A DNA stretch of 64,000 nucleotides from an uncultured Candidatus Rokubacteria bacterium (lineage in GTDB: Bacteria; Methylomirabilota; Methylomirabilia; Rokubacteriales; DASRDR01). Each line of letters begins with the position of its first letter. The first letter of the stretch is position 1. Shown here piece by piece: positions 38,837-48,503 of this stretch. The DNA lies in NCBI GenBank assembly GCA_963805625.1, contig CAWDVE010000016.1, positions 32,001 to 96,000 of the forward strand, written 5' to 3'. The notes beneath the pieces are model-generated. The model was not told the origin of the DNA and searched no databases. It was given only the letters and a program-made list of their open reading frames with translations. Both the position numbers and the translations under genes were made by a program.

Positions 38837-40171
38837 ATGTCCGAGGCCGACAGACCAACTGCCGCTGTGGCGCGTCGACGGCCGGTCAGCCGCGAGGGCA
38901 AGGGGTGGGCGATGTCTGCACGGGCTCTCCGGTGCGCCGCGATAGCCGGCGGCCTGTCCGTCTTCGGAAGTTCCTGGGCACAAGGCTTTGACGTGCTGAT
39001 CTCCCGGAACTATGTTCGTGCGAAGGGAGAGCCCGTGGCGGTCACGGACTCGTTCACCGTCTGCGACACGGCCGGTCAATTCACGCTGGCCGTCGAGAAC
39101 GGCCCGGGCGGCGAGCCGCGCGTGAGCAGTGGCACGGTCCTGGTCAACGGTCTCGAGGTCATCCGCGACGCGGACCTCGGCCAGCAAGTCGGACGCCTCG
39201 AGCGGCCGCTCTCCGGACTGTCGGCGACCAACCGGCTCGACGTGCGGTTGGGGAGCCAGCCGGGAGGCACGCTCATCATCTCGATCCTTGGCCTTCAGTC
39301 CTGCGGCGGCGTCCGAATCACCGCGCCAGCCCCGGGGAGCACCGTTCGCGAGCCGGCGATCGTGGTTGAGGGGGAGCTGTCCCCGAGCTTCGCAACGGCA
39401 CTCAGCCTGACCGTCGGCGTGACCCTCGAGGGCCGCCTGATCGAGGTGCCGGTGCCGGTCCACGTCAACGACCGGCGGTTCGCCGGCTGGGTGCCCCTGG
39501 CCCCGGGGGAGGTCCGGCTGGTCGCTCGTGCGACCGAAAGGACCGGCCGAATCACCGAGGACTCGGTCACCTTCACGGTCGTCCTCGACTCGCCGGACGA
39601 ACGGGCCAGTCCACCCGAGGTGTCGCCGACGGTCGGGTTTGCCCCGCTGACCGTCACGTTCCGGGGTTCGGCCGCGGCGGATCCGTCGGTGACGGCCCTC
39701 GACCTCGATGCGGACAGCGACGGCCGGCCCGACTTCACGTTGACCGACTTCATGCCGCCCCCCCATGAAGTACCCTATGCCTACCAGACGGAGGGTCTCT
39801 ACGTCGCGACGGCGGTCGTCCAGGATCGAGCCGGCCAGTCTCGCACCTCGCGCGTCCCGATCAACGTCATCCCCGTGCCGGACCTGCCCGGTCTCTGGGA
39901 CGCCTTCCGCGCGAGCCTCTCGCAGGGAGACGTGGACGCCGCCCTCGGATTCGTCGCGCTCGAGGCCCGGGAGCGCTACCGACGGGTCCTGGAGGACCTC
40001 CGGGCGGATCTGGCCGCCATCGCCGCCGCACTCGGCGGCGTCACGCTCCACGTCGTCACGCCGGAGTACGCGACTGCCTCGATCACCCGCGTCCGCGACG
40101 GAGTCTCCGAGGGCTTTCTCGTCCACTTCGTCCGCGACGGTGATGGCGTCTGGCGCGTCGCGAGCATGTGA
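38837..40171 (+). CDS. Secreted protein with Ig/PKD-like domains and an NTF2-like C-terminus
   Basis: Signal-like segment; ITAPAPGS; GFAPLTVTF...DADSDG...YQTEGLY (PKD-like); FVRDGDGVWRVASM end. Confidence 0.7.
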   Translation: MSEADRPTAAVARRRPVSREGKGWAMSARALRCAAIAGGLSVFGSSWAQGFDVLISRNYVRAKGEPVAVTDSFTVCDTAGQFTLAVENGPGGEPRVSSGTVLVNGLEVIRDADLGQQVGRLERPLSGLSATNRLDVRLGSQPGGTLIISILGLQSCGGVRITAPAPGSTVREPAIVVEGELSPSFATALSLTVGVTLEGRLIEVPVPVHVNDRRFAGWVPLAPGEVRLVARATERTGRITEDSVTFTVVLDSPDERASPPEVSPTVGFAPLTVTFRGSAAADPSVTALDLDADSDGRPDFTLTDFMPPPHEVPYAYQTEGLYVATAVVQDRAGQSRTSRVPINVIPVPDLPGLWDAFRASLSQGDVDAALGFVALEARERYRRVLEDLRADLAAIAAALGGVTLHVVTPEYATASITRVRDGVSEGFLVHFVRDGDGVWRVASM

Positions 40172-40181
40172 GGGAGCGACC

Positions 40182-40931
40182 ATGTCGATCCACAGGGACC
40201 CGCCGCGCCGGGGGGCCCGGCCGCCGGTCCGCCTGGCGCTGTCCGTCCTCCTCGTCTTGCTTTTGCTTCTCGCGCTGAGGGGGCCGCTGGGGGCCCAGCC
40301 CGCCGAGTACTCGGCCGCCGAGATCCGCGGCCGGGTCGCCGACGCCGAGACCAAGCAGCCGCTCGACGGCGTCCACGTCGTGGCCCAGTGGATCCTCAAC
40401 ACGGGCCTCTTCATGTACAGCCGCCGAGTCACGCGGCTGCAGATCCTTGAGACGCGGACGAACGCGCAGGGTGAGTACCACCTCCCGGCGTGGGGGCCGA
40501 AGCCGCGGCCGCCCCTGTCGACGCTCGATTGGGGGTCGGACCCCATCCTGACGTTCTTCAAGCCGGGCTACCGCCCGCTCGATCGGAACAACTACAGCCC
40601 GCCGCCCGAGGACGAGGCCTCGCTTTCCCTGCGCTTCTCCCGCTGGAGCGGTCGGACGGTCGACCTCGAGCCTTTCCGCGGGAGCCCGGACGACTGGATC
40701 ACCGCATTGTCCGGGCTGCAGACACGCCTGGGATGGGCCGAACCCACCGACCATCCCGTGCCGACCATCAACGACAACTGGAAACACATGCCCGAGATGG
40801 TCGTGGCGGTCCACGAGGCGCGCCGTCTCGTGCCAGAGCGCCTCCGGCACTCCGTCCGAACCCTGGACGCATGGCGGACGTCCGAGGCCGAGCTCCACGC
40901 GCTCGTGCGGCAGAAGGGATCTTCCCCATGA
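40182..40931 (+). CDS. Secreted protein with a carboxypeptidase-regulatory-like domain
   Basis: Signal peptide; IRGRVADAETKQPLDGVHVV...TNAQGEY...FKPGY. Confidence 0.7.
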   Translation: MSIHRDPPRRGARPPVRLALSVLLVLLLLLALRGPLGAQPAEYSAAEIRGRVADAETKQPLDGVHVVAQWILNTGLFMYSRRVTRLQILETRTNAQGEYHLPAWGPKPRPPLSTLDWGSDPILTFFKPGYRPLDRNNYSPPPEDEASLSLRFSRWSGRTVDLEPFRGSPDDWITALSGLQTRLGWAEPTDHPVPTINDNWKHMPEMVVAVHEARRLVPERLRHSVRTLDAWRTSEAELHALVRQKGSSP

Positions 40932-42919
40932 GACTGAAGGAAGACGGCCTGACGTGCCTGGCCGTGATCTCCCTGGTGATCCTGCTGCGAACCGCCTCGA
41001 CCGGGTATGAGCTGCAGACCGACAGGGAGCTCTCGAGTGCCGCATTCCGGATTAGTGGCATCTCATCGACCCTCGAGACCCTCTACGGAATTCGGCCGAC
41101 GGACACGTTCGTTGGTCAGCGCTCACTCCTCCGTTCGGAGCGAATGACGCCGGAGGACTGGATCGCGGAGGGCGGCCGCGACGAGGATGAACCGCTCTGG
41201 CGCGTCCTCAACCACTTCTACGACCCGTACCACGACGAGCCCCTCGGGGTCCTGGGCGGCGCCCGCGCGCCGGACTGGGCGCTCGAGGATCGCGGCGACT
41301 TCCTGACGCAGCGCCACTCGTACAAGGACGCGCGCGTCGCCTTCTACCAGGGTCTCACCGCGTCAGCCCCGGGCAGTCGCGAGCACGCATGGGCCCACAC
41401 GTTCTACGCGCTGGGGCACGTCATCCACCTGGTCCAGGACATGGCCCAGCCCCAGCACGTGCGGAACGACGCCCACTTCTTCGTCGCGCCGGCCAAGAGC
41501 TGGATGGAGGCCTATGTCGACGACAACAGACTCCGGTTCGTCCTCACGGGTGCGGCGCTCCCGGCGGTGACTCGCGTCCGGGACCTCTGGGCGAGCGGCG
41601 GCGGCGCCGGGCTCGCGGAGCTCGCCAACGCCCACTTCGTGTCGGCCGGGACCAACTTCACGGCCCTCCGGACGGGGGCGACGGCCGAGCGCTTCCCCAG
41701 CCCGATCCTGGATCTGGCCGACACCAGCGCCCCCGGACCGGCCGACACCTGCAAGGACGGGACGCCCGCCCCCGGGGACGCCCAGCAGCCGCTGACGTTC
41801 TACGGCAACACCTTCGCCGATCCCGCCAGTGGCGCAACGCTGCGGAACGCGCGGATGACGACCCATTCGATCTTCGACCAGTACCTCCACGCGCGCGGGC
41901 TGGCCCCCATCTTCGCGCTGAACTGCTTCAACCTGGACGCCGCTGCGGACCTCCTCTTGCCGCGCGCCGTCGCCTACTCGGCCGCGCTCTTGCGCCACTT
42001 CTTCCGCGGCGATCTGGAGGTACGCACCGAGGCCGGTTCCGAGGGGTACGTCCTGCGCGTCACGAATCGCACGCCGGGCGAGGCGCTGAGCGGCGCCCTT
42101 ACCCTCCACTACGAGTCGTCCGACGGGACCCGCAAGCTCTGGCACCGCTGGGAGGCGCTGACCCTCGTGCCCGACCAGACGAGCGACCCCCTGCTCCTGC
42201 CCACCCCGCCACCGGATCAGGCCGAGCCGGGCCGCTACCTCCTCGTCTTCCGCGGCCAGCTCGGCGAGGAGCCCGGTGCGGTCGTGGCGCGCTGGATCGG
42301 CGTCGGCGTCTACTTCGTCGAGCTCTGGTACGACGACTACTATCGCCAGTACGACACCTCCTATCCGGCCGAGGGCGGCATCGTGGATTTCGTCCCCGTC
42401 CCGCTCCTGCCCTGGTGGGACAACGCGCTCTCCGTCACCGCGTACGCCTCCCACACCATGTGGCGCTTCTACTGCTGCGACGACGCGTATCACGGCGGCG
42501 GGGGCGAATCGCACGCCGCCGACGTAACCGACGTGCTCACGCCTCCCGGTCTCCTTCCCGGGAGCGCGGCCACCCTCCGCTTCCACGGCCGCTGCTACGG
42601 CGGCGGCGGGATCGAGCCGGTCGTGGCCGACCTGGTCGCGCTCGAGCTCCCGCGCGACCTCGCCGCGCTCGAGGCGCTCACCTGGTCCACGCAGCCTGCG
42701 GTGGCGAGGGTGCTCCACCGGGTCAGCAGCCTCGCCTGGGACTGGTCCGGCGCCGAGACGGCGACCGTCGACCTCGGCGGCGCGACCTTCCTCGGGCTCC
42801 GGTTGGTCAGCGTGCCGGTGGCGACCCCGCCCCCACCACCCACTCCGTTTCCGCCCTTCACGACCAGCTCCGCCGAGTGCCGGATGGACATGCGCATTCA
42901 GCCCCAGCCCCCGTCCTGA
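40928..42919 (+). CDS. Secreted protein with a Zn-dependent phospholipase C/S1-P1 nuclease-like domain
   Basis: Signal peptide; NHFYDP; LGHVIHLVQDMAQPQH. Confidence 0.7.
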   Translation: MRLKEDGLTCLAVISLVILLRTASTGYELQTDRELSSAAFRISGISSTLETLYGIRPTDTFVGQRSLLRSERMTPEDWIAEGGRDEDEPLWRVLNHFYDPYHDEPLGVLGGARAPDWALEDRGDFLTQRHSYKDARVAFYQGLTASAPGSREHAWAHTFYALGHVIHLVQDMAQPQHVRNDAHFFVAPAKSWMEAYVDDNRLRFVLTGAALPAVTRVRDLWASGGGAGLAELANAHFVSAGTNFTALRTGATAERFPSPILDLADTSAPGPADTCKDGTPAPGDAQQPLTFYGNTFADPASGATLRNARMTTHSIFDQYLHARGLAPIFALNCFNLDAAADLLLPRAVAYSAALLRHFFRGDLEVRTEAGSEGYVLRVTNRTPGEALSGALTLHYESSDGTRKLWHRWEALTLVPDQTSDPLLLPTPPPDQAEPGRYLLVFRGQLGEEPGAVVARWIGVGVYFVELWYDDYYRQYDTSYPAEGGIVDFVPVPLLPWWDNALSVTAYASHTMWRFYCCDDAYHGGGGESHAADVTDVLTPPGLLPGSAATLRFHGRCYGGGGIEPVVADLVALELPRDLAALEALTWSTQPAVARVLHRVSSLAWDWSGAETATVDLGGATFLGLRLVSVPVATPPPPPTPFPPFTTSSAECRMDMRIQPQPPS

Positions 42920-42986
42920 CATCACGGCGGCGGGGTTCGGCTGCCAGCGCACCGAGGCCGGCGCCGTTCGCGCACATGTCCAGCCC

Positions 42987-43350
42987 TCAGCCGCGTTCTT
43001 TTGGCGACTCCATCGTGCGATCGAGGAGGCGGTGCCAGAACGTCGGGACGTCGACGCCGGGGGCGCCCTCCACCGTGCCCAGGCTCAGGAGATCGTGGTC
43101 GGCGGTGACGAGCCATTCCGCCGCCCCGGCGACGGCGCACTCCAGGAACTTGTCGTCGTCGGGGTCTCGGCTCCCCCGGATTCGCCTGGATGGCGTCACG
43201 AGCGTCGCTCGCCGGCGGAGCAGGGCCATCAGGGCGCGTGCCTCAAGGACGGTGATCTGAAGCTTGCGGAGCACCTCCGGCCGCCGCAGGACGGCGTCGA
43301 CCTCGGCGAGGATCGGTTCCGACGCAAGCAGAGTGAACCGGCCGTCGACG
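42987..43350 (-). pseudogene. PIN-family toxin (TIGR00305-like) lacking its N-terminus
   Basis: SEPILAE...RDPDDDKFLECAVAGAAEWLVTADHDLL; the N-terminal DTN motif is absent. Confidence 0.75.
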
Positions 43351-43501
43351 GTGCCCACGAAGCCCGTCCCGGCGAGCAGGCAGCCCGTCCGGCTCTCGAC
43401 GTTCGGCCGGGGCAACTCGCTGGCTGGCTCGACGATGTGCGCTCTGTCAACGGGTGCTGATGCCCGCGCCGGTGAAGCTCCTCTTCGTGGAGGGCTAAAT
43501 T

Positions 43502-45803
43502 CAGGGCTCCTGACATGAGCCTCGCATGAGGTCAATTTTCCTGGGCTCCCGTGAGACGATGCGTAATAATACGTGCATCCTCTCAATGGGAGGTGACCGA
43601 TGCCGACCCAGTTGCACCTGCCGGTCCAACCCGCTGGGGCTCGGGAGATCAATGCTGTGGTCGCGATGGTCGAGCGGGACGAGCAGGTCGCGTACTTCGC
43701 CTCGGGCGTGCCGCTGTTCATCCATCGGGCCGATGACCCCGTCGGGCGCCGCGTGGCGGCCGGCCAGATGATCGCGTTGGGCCTGGCGCGGCAAGACGAA
43801 CTCAGTGCGGTGCTGCACGTCAATCGCACCACGCTCTACCGGCAGCAGCGCCGGCTCCAGGCCCACGGGGTGCTGGGCGTGGTCGACGGCCAGCGCGGGC
43901 CGCGCGGCCCGCATCGGTTCACCGCCGAGAAGCGCCAGCGCGTGGCGGCGTTGCTCGAGGCCGGGCGGTCGATCCGGCGCGCCGCGGAACAGGTCGGCGT
44001 GACCGAAGGCACGATTCGCCATGCGTTGCGCCGGGGCGAGCTGCGAGGGGCGCCGCCACCCGCCGCGCCCTGTACTGGGACCGCGGACGCGGAGCGAGCG
44101 GGCTGTGCGGGCCGCTGGCGGCGTGGCCGTCCAGCGCCACACCGAGCGCGCCCTGGCCCGGCTGGGCCAGTTGACGGAAGCGGCACCGCGCTTCGTCGCG
44201 GCCGAGGCGGTGCGCTCTGGCGGGGTCATGCTGGCCCTGCCGGCCGTGCTCACGCTCGGGCTGCTGGACGCGGGGCAGCAGGTCTACGGGGCCTTGAAGC
44301 ACGGCTTCTATGGGCTGCAGGCCACGCTGCTGTGCTTGACCTTCATGGCGCTGCTGCGGATTCGGACCCCCGAGCAACTGCAGGGGCAGCCCCCCGGGGA
44401 ATTGGGCGATCCTGCTCGGCCTCGACCGGGCGCCCGAGGTCAAGACCTTGCGGCGCAAGCTCGGGGAGTTGGCGGCCCGCCGGCAGGCCACGCCGTTCAG
44501 TCAGCGGCTGGCCGAGCGCTGGGTCCGCGACCAGGCGGACGCTGTCGGGCTCCTCTACGTCGACGGCCATGTGCGGCCCTATCACGGGACCACCCATACG
44601 CTGCCGGAGACATACGTGACGCGTCGCCGCCTTTGCATGCCGGCGACGACCGACCTCTGGGTTCAGCAGCAGGATGCCCAGCCGCTGTTCGTGGTGACGG
44701 CGCCGGCCAACGACGATCTCCTGGCGATGCTGCGCACGCAGATCCTGCCCGAGGTCCGCCGCCTGGTGGGCGAGCGCCGCGTGACCGTCTGCTTCGATCG
44801 CGAGGGCTGGAGTCCGAAGTTCTTCCGCGAGTGCCACCCGCAAGGCTTTGACGTCCTCACCTATCGGAAAGGCCCCTACGCCGCCTGGCGCCGCGCGCGC
44901 CTTCCGGCCGATCACGGCGACCGTGGACGGGCGCGAGATCCGCTACACCCTGGCCGAGCGGAGCGTGGAGGTGCTGCCGGACTTCCGGATGCGCGAGGTG
45001 CGCCGCCTGTGCGACAACGGGCACCAGACGGCGATCCTGACCACGCGGCAGGATCTGCCCATCGCGGTCGTGGCCTATCGGATGTTCGAGCGGTGGACGC
45101 AGGAGAACTTCTTCCGGTACATGCGGCAGCACTTCGCGCTGGACGCCCTGGTGACGTACGCGGTGGAGCCGGCAGACCCCGACCGCACGATCCCGAACCC
45201 CGAGCGCAAGGCGCTGCGGAAGCAGCTGACCGAGGGCCGGACGACCCTCAAGGCTCTGGAACAGGCGCTAGGGGCACGCGGCCCGGACGAATCCCGAGGG
45301 CCGGCGGCCGACCATGCGCGGCTTCAAGATCGCGCACGGCGCCCTCGGCCAGCAGATCCGCGCCCAGGCGCACGCGTGCCGAGCGCTCCAGGCCCGGATC
45401 GCGGCGCTGCCGGAACGCGTGCCGGTCAAGGCGGTGCGTGGAGGAGGCCGAGATCGTCACGCTCGCGCCGGAGGCCAAGCACCTGACCGACACCATCAAG
45501 ATGGTCGCGTACCGGGCGGAGACGGCTCTGGTGCGATGTCTCGCGCCGCACTACGCCAAGACCGAGGATGAGGGCCGGGCGCTCATCCGTGAACTGCTGT
45601 CGTCGAGCGCGGACATCGTCCCGGAAGCTCAGCGCCTGCGGATCCGACTGCATTCCCTGGCCAACCCTCGCAGCAACCAGGCTCTGGCTCACGTCTGTGC
45701 GACACTCAACGCCCTGGAGCTTCAGTACCCAGGAACGACGCTGACCCTGGTATATGAGGCCCCAGGCGTTGCATAGATTCCTACGCCCATGTCAGGAGCC
45801 CTG
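43502..45803 (+). mobile_element. Insertion sequence with perfect 16-bp terminal inverted repeats and 5-bp target duplication
   Basis: CAGGGCTCCTGACATG at both ends; AAATT duplicated at 43497-501 and 45804-08. Confidence 0.9.
43600..45776 (+). pseudogene. Large HTH + DDE transposase split by about 5 frameshifts
   Basis: Segments in alternating frames: YVDGHVRPY, FDREGWS, RWTQENFFRY and IKMVAYRAET. Confidence 0.8.
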
Positions 45804-45970
45804 AAATTAGTAGGAAGAGGAGGGTCTAGCCGGGCCGACAGATGGGCGAGGCGGCGCCGCGACTTCTAGCGCACGGCCGTCCGGAATCTGGTAGAGTCGG
45901 GTGTCCCGCACGGCAGGCTTGCGTGGCGGATGGCGCGTGGGACGAGCGTAAGCGCTCGAAAAACCGCATC

Positions 45971-46048
45971 GGGGTCGTGGTGCAGCCTGGTTAGCACACT
46001 GGCCTGTCAAGCCAGAGGCCGCGGGTTCAAGTCCCGTCGACCCCGCCA
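45971..46048 (+). tRNA. tRNA-Asp(GTC), intact, with encoded CCA
   Basis: Acceptor stem GGGGTCG/CGACCCC, anticodon arm CTGGC-CTGTCAA-GCCAG, T-loop GGTTCAAGTCC, 3' end GCCA. Confidence 0.97.
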
Positions 46049-46052
46049 TTTG

Positions 46053-46090
46053 AAACCGCCGGGTTAGCGGTCCCGGCGGTTTCATCTTTC
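46053..46090 (+). terminator. Hairpin terminator after tRNA-Asp
   Basis: AAACCGCCGGG...CCCGGCGGTTT followed by CATCTTT. Confidence 0.7.
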
Positions 46091-46925
46091 TAGCCGGTGC
46101 CCAAATGGTGCCCATCGCGCAGGGCGAGAATAGCCCCGTGATGCCGATCATGACCCCTCCCCAAAGGAGCCGGACCCCTCGAAGGGCCCGCCAGGCCCCA
46201 TCGGTCCCTCTAATTACGTTCTGCAACCGGCGTCGGGGGTGCTACAGATATCTCCGAGCTATGTCAACCTGACAACGTCGACCGGCCCGCTAGCCAGCAT
46301 TCCCGAACAGTACCAACCAGCCAAGTCGGCTCCTCAGAAGCCGGGCCTCACCGCAGAGGAACAGCGCCTGGTTAGCTTTCTTCAGCCTACAGTGGCGGCG
46401 AACGCCGGAGTTGCACTCGCCCGATCGGGAAACTCCGAGCCCCCTTTCGTGCCGACACATGCGAAACATTCATTCTGGCGGCAGACTTGCGGCGCTCAAC
46501 GGACTTGATGCTCAAGGCTACCTCTCCGAATGCGTTCGGCACATTCATAGCGGACATAGCGGAGCTCATGGAGGGTTTGCGCAAGGTCATCGTCGGAAAT
46601 CATGGTGTGCTGGACAAATTGCTGGCACCGGGGACAGTGCACCCTGAGCGTCTCGCGATTCCGGATTAGGTCTGGCCGGCCAGGATCGGCGTCCCGGCAC
46701 CCTGGGGCCGCCGCCGGAGCTGGGCATCCCGACGTCCTCCGGGGAACCCGGCCATCCTGACCCTAGCAGGAAGGCGGTCACGCGCGCCAGACGGGTCCTG
46801 GGTTCGCTGATACACTGAAGGCGCCCGATGTTCATTCTCCCAATGCTCAGCACCACCGTCGGCGACCCATCCCGCCCCGAGCTCCGACCCCCTTGGGCCG
46901 GCGGGTTTGAGACGTGGCGAGGCTT

Positions 46926-47678
46926 ATGACCCATCGGACTCGCTGGCTCGTGGGGGGAATCGCGCTCACCCTCGGGGTCGCCATGGTCGGCCTCACCCTC
47001 TGGGTCCGTCTCGCCGACAGCCCAAGCGTCCGCATGCTTCTGCGGCTCTGTCGGAATCCCGAGACCTTGCGAGCGGCCCTCCAAGGCTGGGGCGTCTTCG
47101 CCCCGCTGGTCTTCATCGGGATTCAGGCGCTGCAGGTCCTGATCTCGCCCATTCCCGGGGAGTTCACCGGATTCCTCGGCGGGTTCGTCTTCGGTGAGTG
47201 GCTCGGCCTCGGCTACTCCATGCTCGGTCTCACGGCGGGCTCGCTTCTCGCGTTTGGCGTGGGCCGGTGGCTCGGGGCGGCCTTTGTCCAGCGCCTGGTG
47301 AGCCCGGCGGCCTGGGTGCGCCTGGGGTTCGTTGTCGAGGCGGAAGGCGCCATCCTGTGCTTTCTCCTCTACCTGATCCCAGGACTTCCCAAGGACCTCC
47401 TGTGTTACCTCTTCGGCCTCAGTCCGATGCCGTTCTGGCTGTTTGCCGTGACCTCCACCCTCGGACGTTTGCCTGGGACCTGGGTTCTCTCGGCCGAGGG
47501 CGCGACGACCGCGACCGGGCACTATGTGGAGATGGCGTTCGTCATGGGGATCGTCGTGGCGATGGGTGTGCCGCTCTACGCGGCCCGGCATCGCATCCTG
47601 GCCCGATGCAGCCGTCGCCTGGCTCCGTCCACCGCCCGCGGAGACCGGTCAATGACGGGCGCCGAGACAAAACACTAG
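46926..47678 (+). CDS. TVP38/TMEM64 (DedA/VTT) membrane protein
   Basis: QVLISPIPGE...GGFVFG and LIPGLPKDLLCY motifs. Confidence 0.88.
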   Translation: MTHRTRWLVGGIALTLGVAMVGLTLWVRLADSPSVRMLLRLCRNPETLRAALQGWGVFAPLVFIGIQALQVLISPIPGEFTGFLGGFVFGEWLGLGYSMLGLTAGSLLAFGVGRWLGAAFVQRLVSPAAWVRLGFVVEAEGAILCFLLYLIPGLPKDLLCYLFGLSPMPFWLFAVTSTLGRLPGTWVLSAEGATTATGHYVEMAFVMGIVVAMGVPLYAARHRILARCSRRLAPSTARGDRSMTGAETKH

Positions 47679-47699
47679 GGCTCCCGCCCGCCGCGCGTC

Positions 47700-48043
47700 C
47701 TTAGACCGCTGAAGTCGCTCTGTACGTGGGGTCTGAGGGTTTCTGGAGGTGGGCTGCGGACCCGGCCGGACGCCGGCGCCGAGCCCCCATAAGCGCCGCC
47801 ACCGCCCAGAGCCTCCGGCGAGGATAGGGCCGCATTTCGCGCGCGCCCGTCTGCCATTGCCGGACCCCCGGCACCGCCCAGAGCCGGGCGAACAGGCGGG
47901 AGTGGTCCGTATAGACCGCGGGCATGGCGCCGTCGTGCCACTCGCCAATACCGGCCCGGGATGATCGGCCAGCCTTCGGCGTCGAGGCGGACCCGGTAGC
48001 GATGCGGGGACGCGAGCGCCGTCAGGGCCTGGCGGGGGGACAT
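47700..48043 (-). pseudogene. Frameshifted hypothetical gene (possible mobile-element cargo relic)
   Basis: Two protein-like segments in different frames (YRVRLDAEGWPIIPGRY and AVYTDHSRLFARLWAVPGVRQWQTG). Confidence 0.45.
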
Positions 48044-48309
48044 GGCGCGGACCGGTTAAGACCGCGAATGAAGGCTCCGGGGTGCACGATGGGTCCTGCG
48101 CGCGAACGATGCCCCGGGGGCGGGGTGTCCACGTCCCCGGGGGTCTCCAGGGGCCGGTGATCCTCGGGCGGCGCCCCGGGGTAGGGGTGGAGAGCCCCAT
48201 CCGAGGCGTTCGGTGCCGGGTGAACCGGCAGCCGCACAGTTGGCGCACACGCGGAGGACTCCGCCTCTAGTCACTGGTACTTGCGCCGGCCCACTGGATT
48301 CCCACGCCA

Positions 48310-48460
48310 GCGACCCTCGACGCCAGCCGGTCAGGTAGGCGAAGTCGAGCAAGTCCTGATAGTCAGGACGGAGATGCGCGCGGACGGCCAGATAGTCGCA
48401 GTGCTCGAAGAAACCCTGACGAGGTGGCGCCTCTTCAAGCTTCGCGATGTGCGGTTGCCA
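48310..48460 (-). pseudogene. Tyrosine recombinase (phage integrase) fragment
   Basis: Manual translation PHIAKLEEAPPRQGFFEHCDYLAVRAHLRPDYQDLLDFAYLTGWRRG matches the box I region. Confidence 0.75.
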
Positions 48461-48503
48461 GATGCCTAATGGAATCGGGGAGACGGCGACTTCGCGAGAA
48501 GGG

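Noticed and set aside
36356-45970. Prophage interpretation of the blocks
   Set aside because: No capsid, terminase, portal, tail or replication genes are visible.
45961-45972. AAACCGCATCGG before the tRNA matches the inner part of the IS481-like right end
   Set aside because: Only 12 bp, and it lacks the terminal TGTCCCGGTCA; compatible with chance.
46200-46700. Lower-GC stretch with short ORFs after the tRNA
   Set aside because: No recognisable motif; probably a decayed foreign gene, so no product can be supported.
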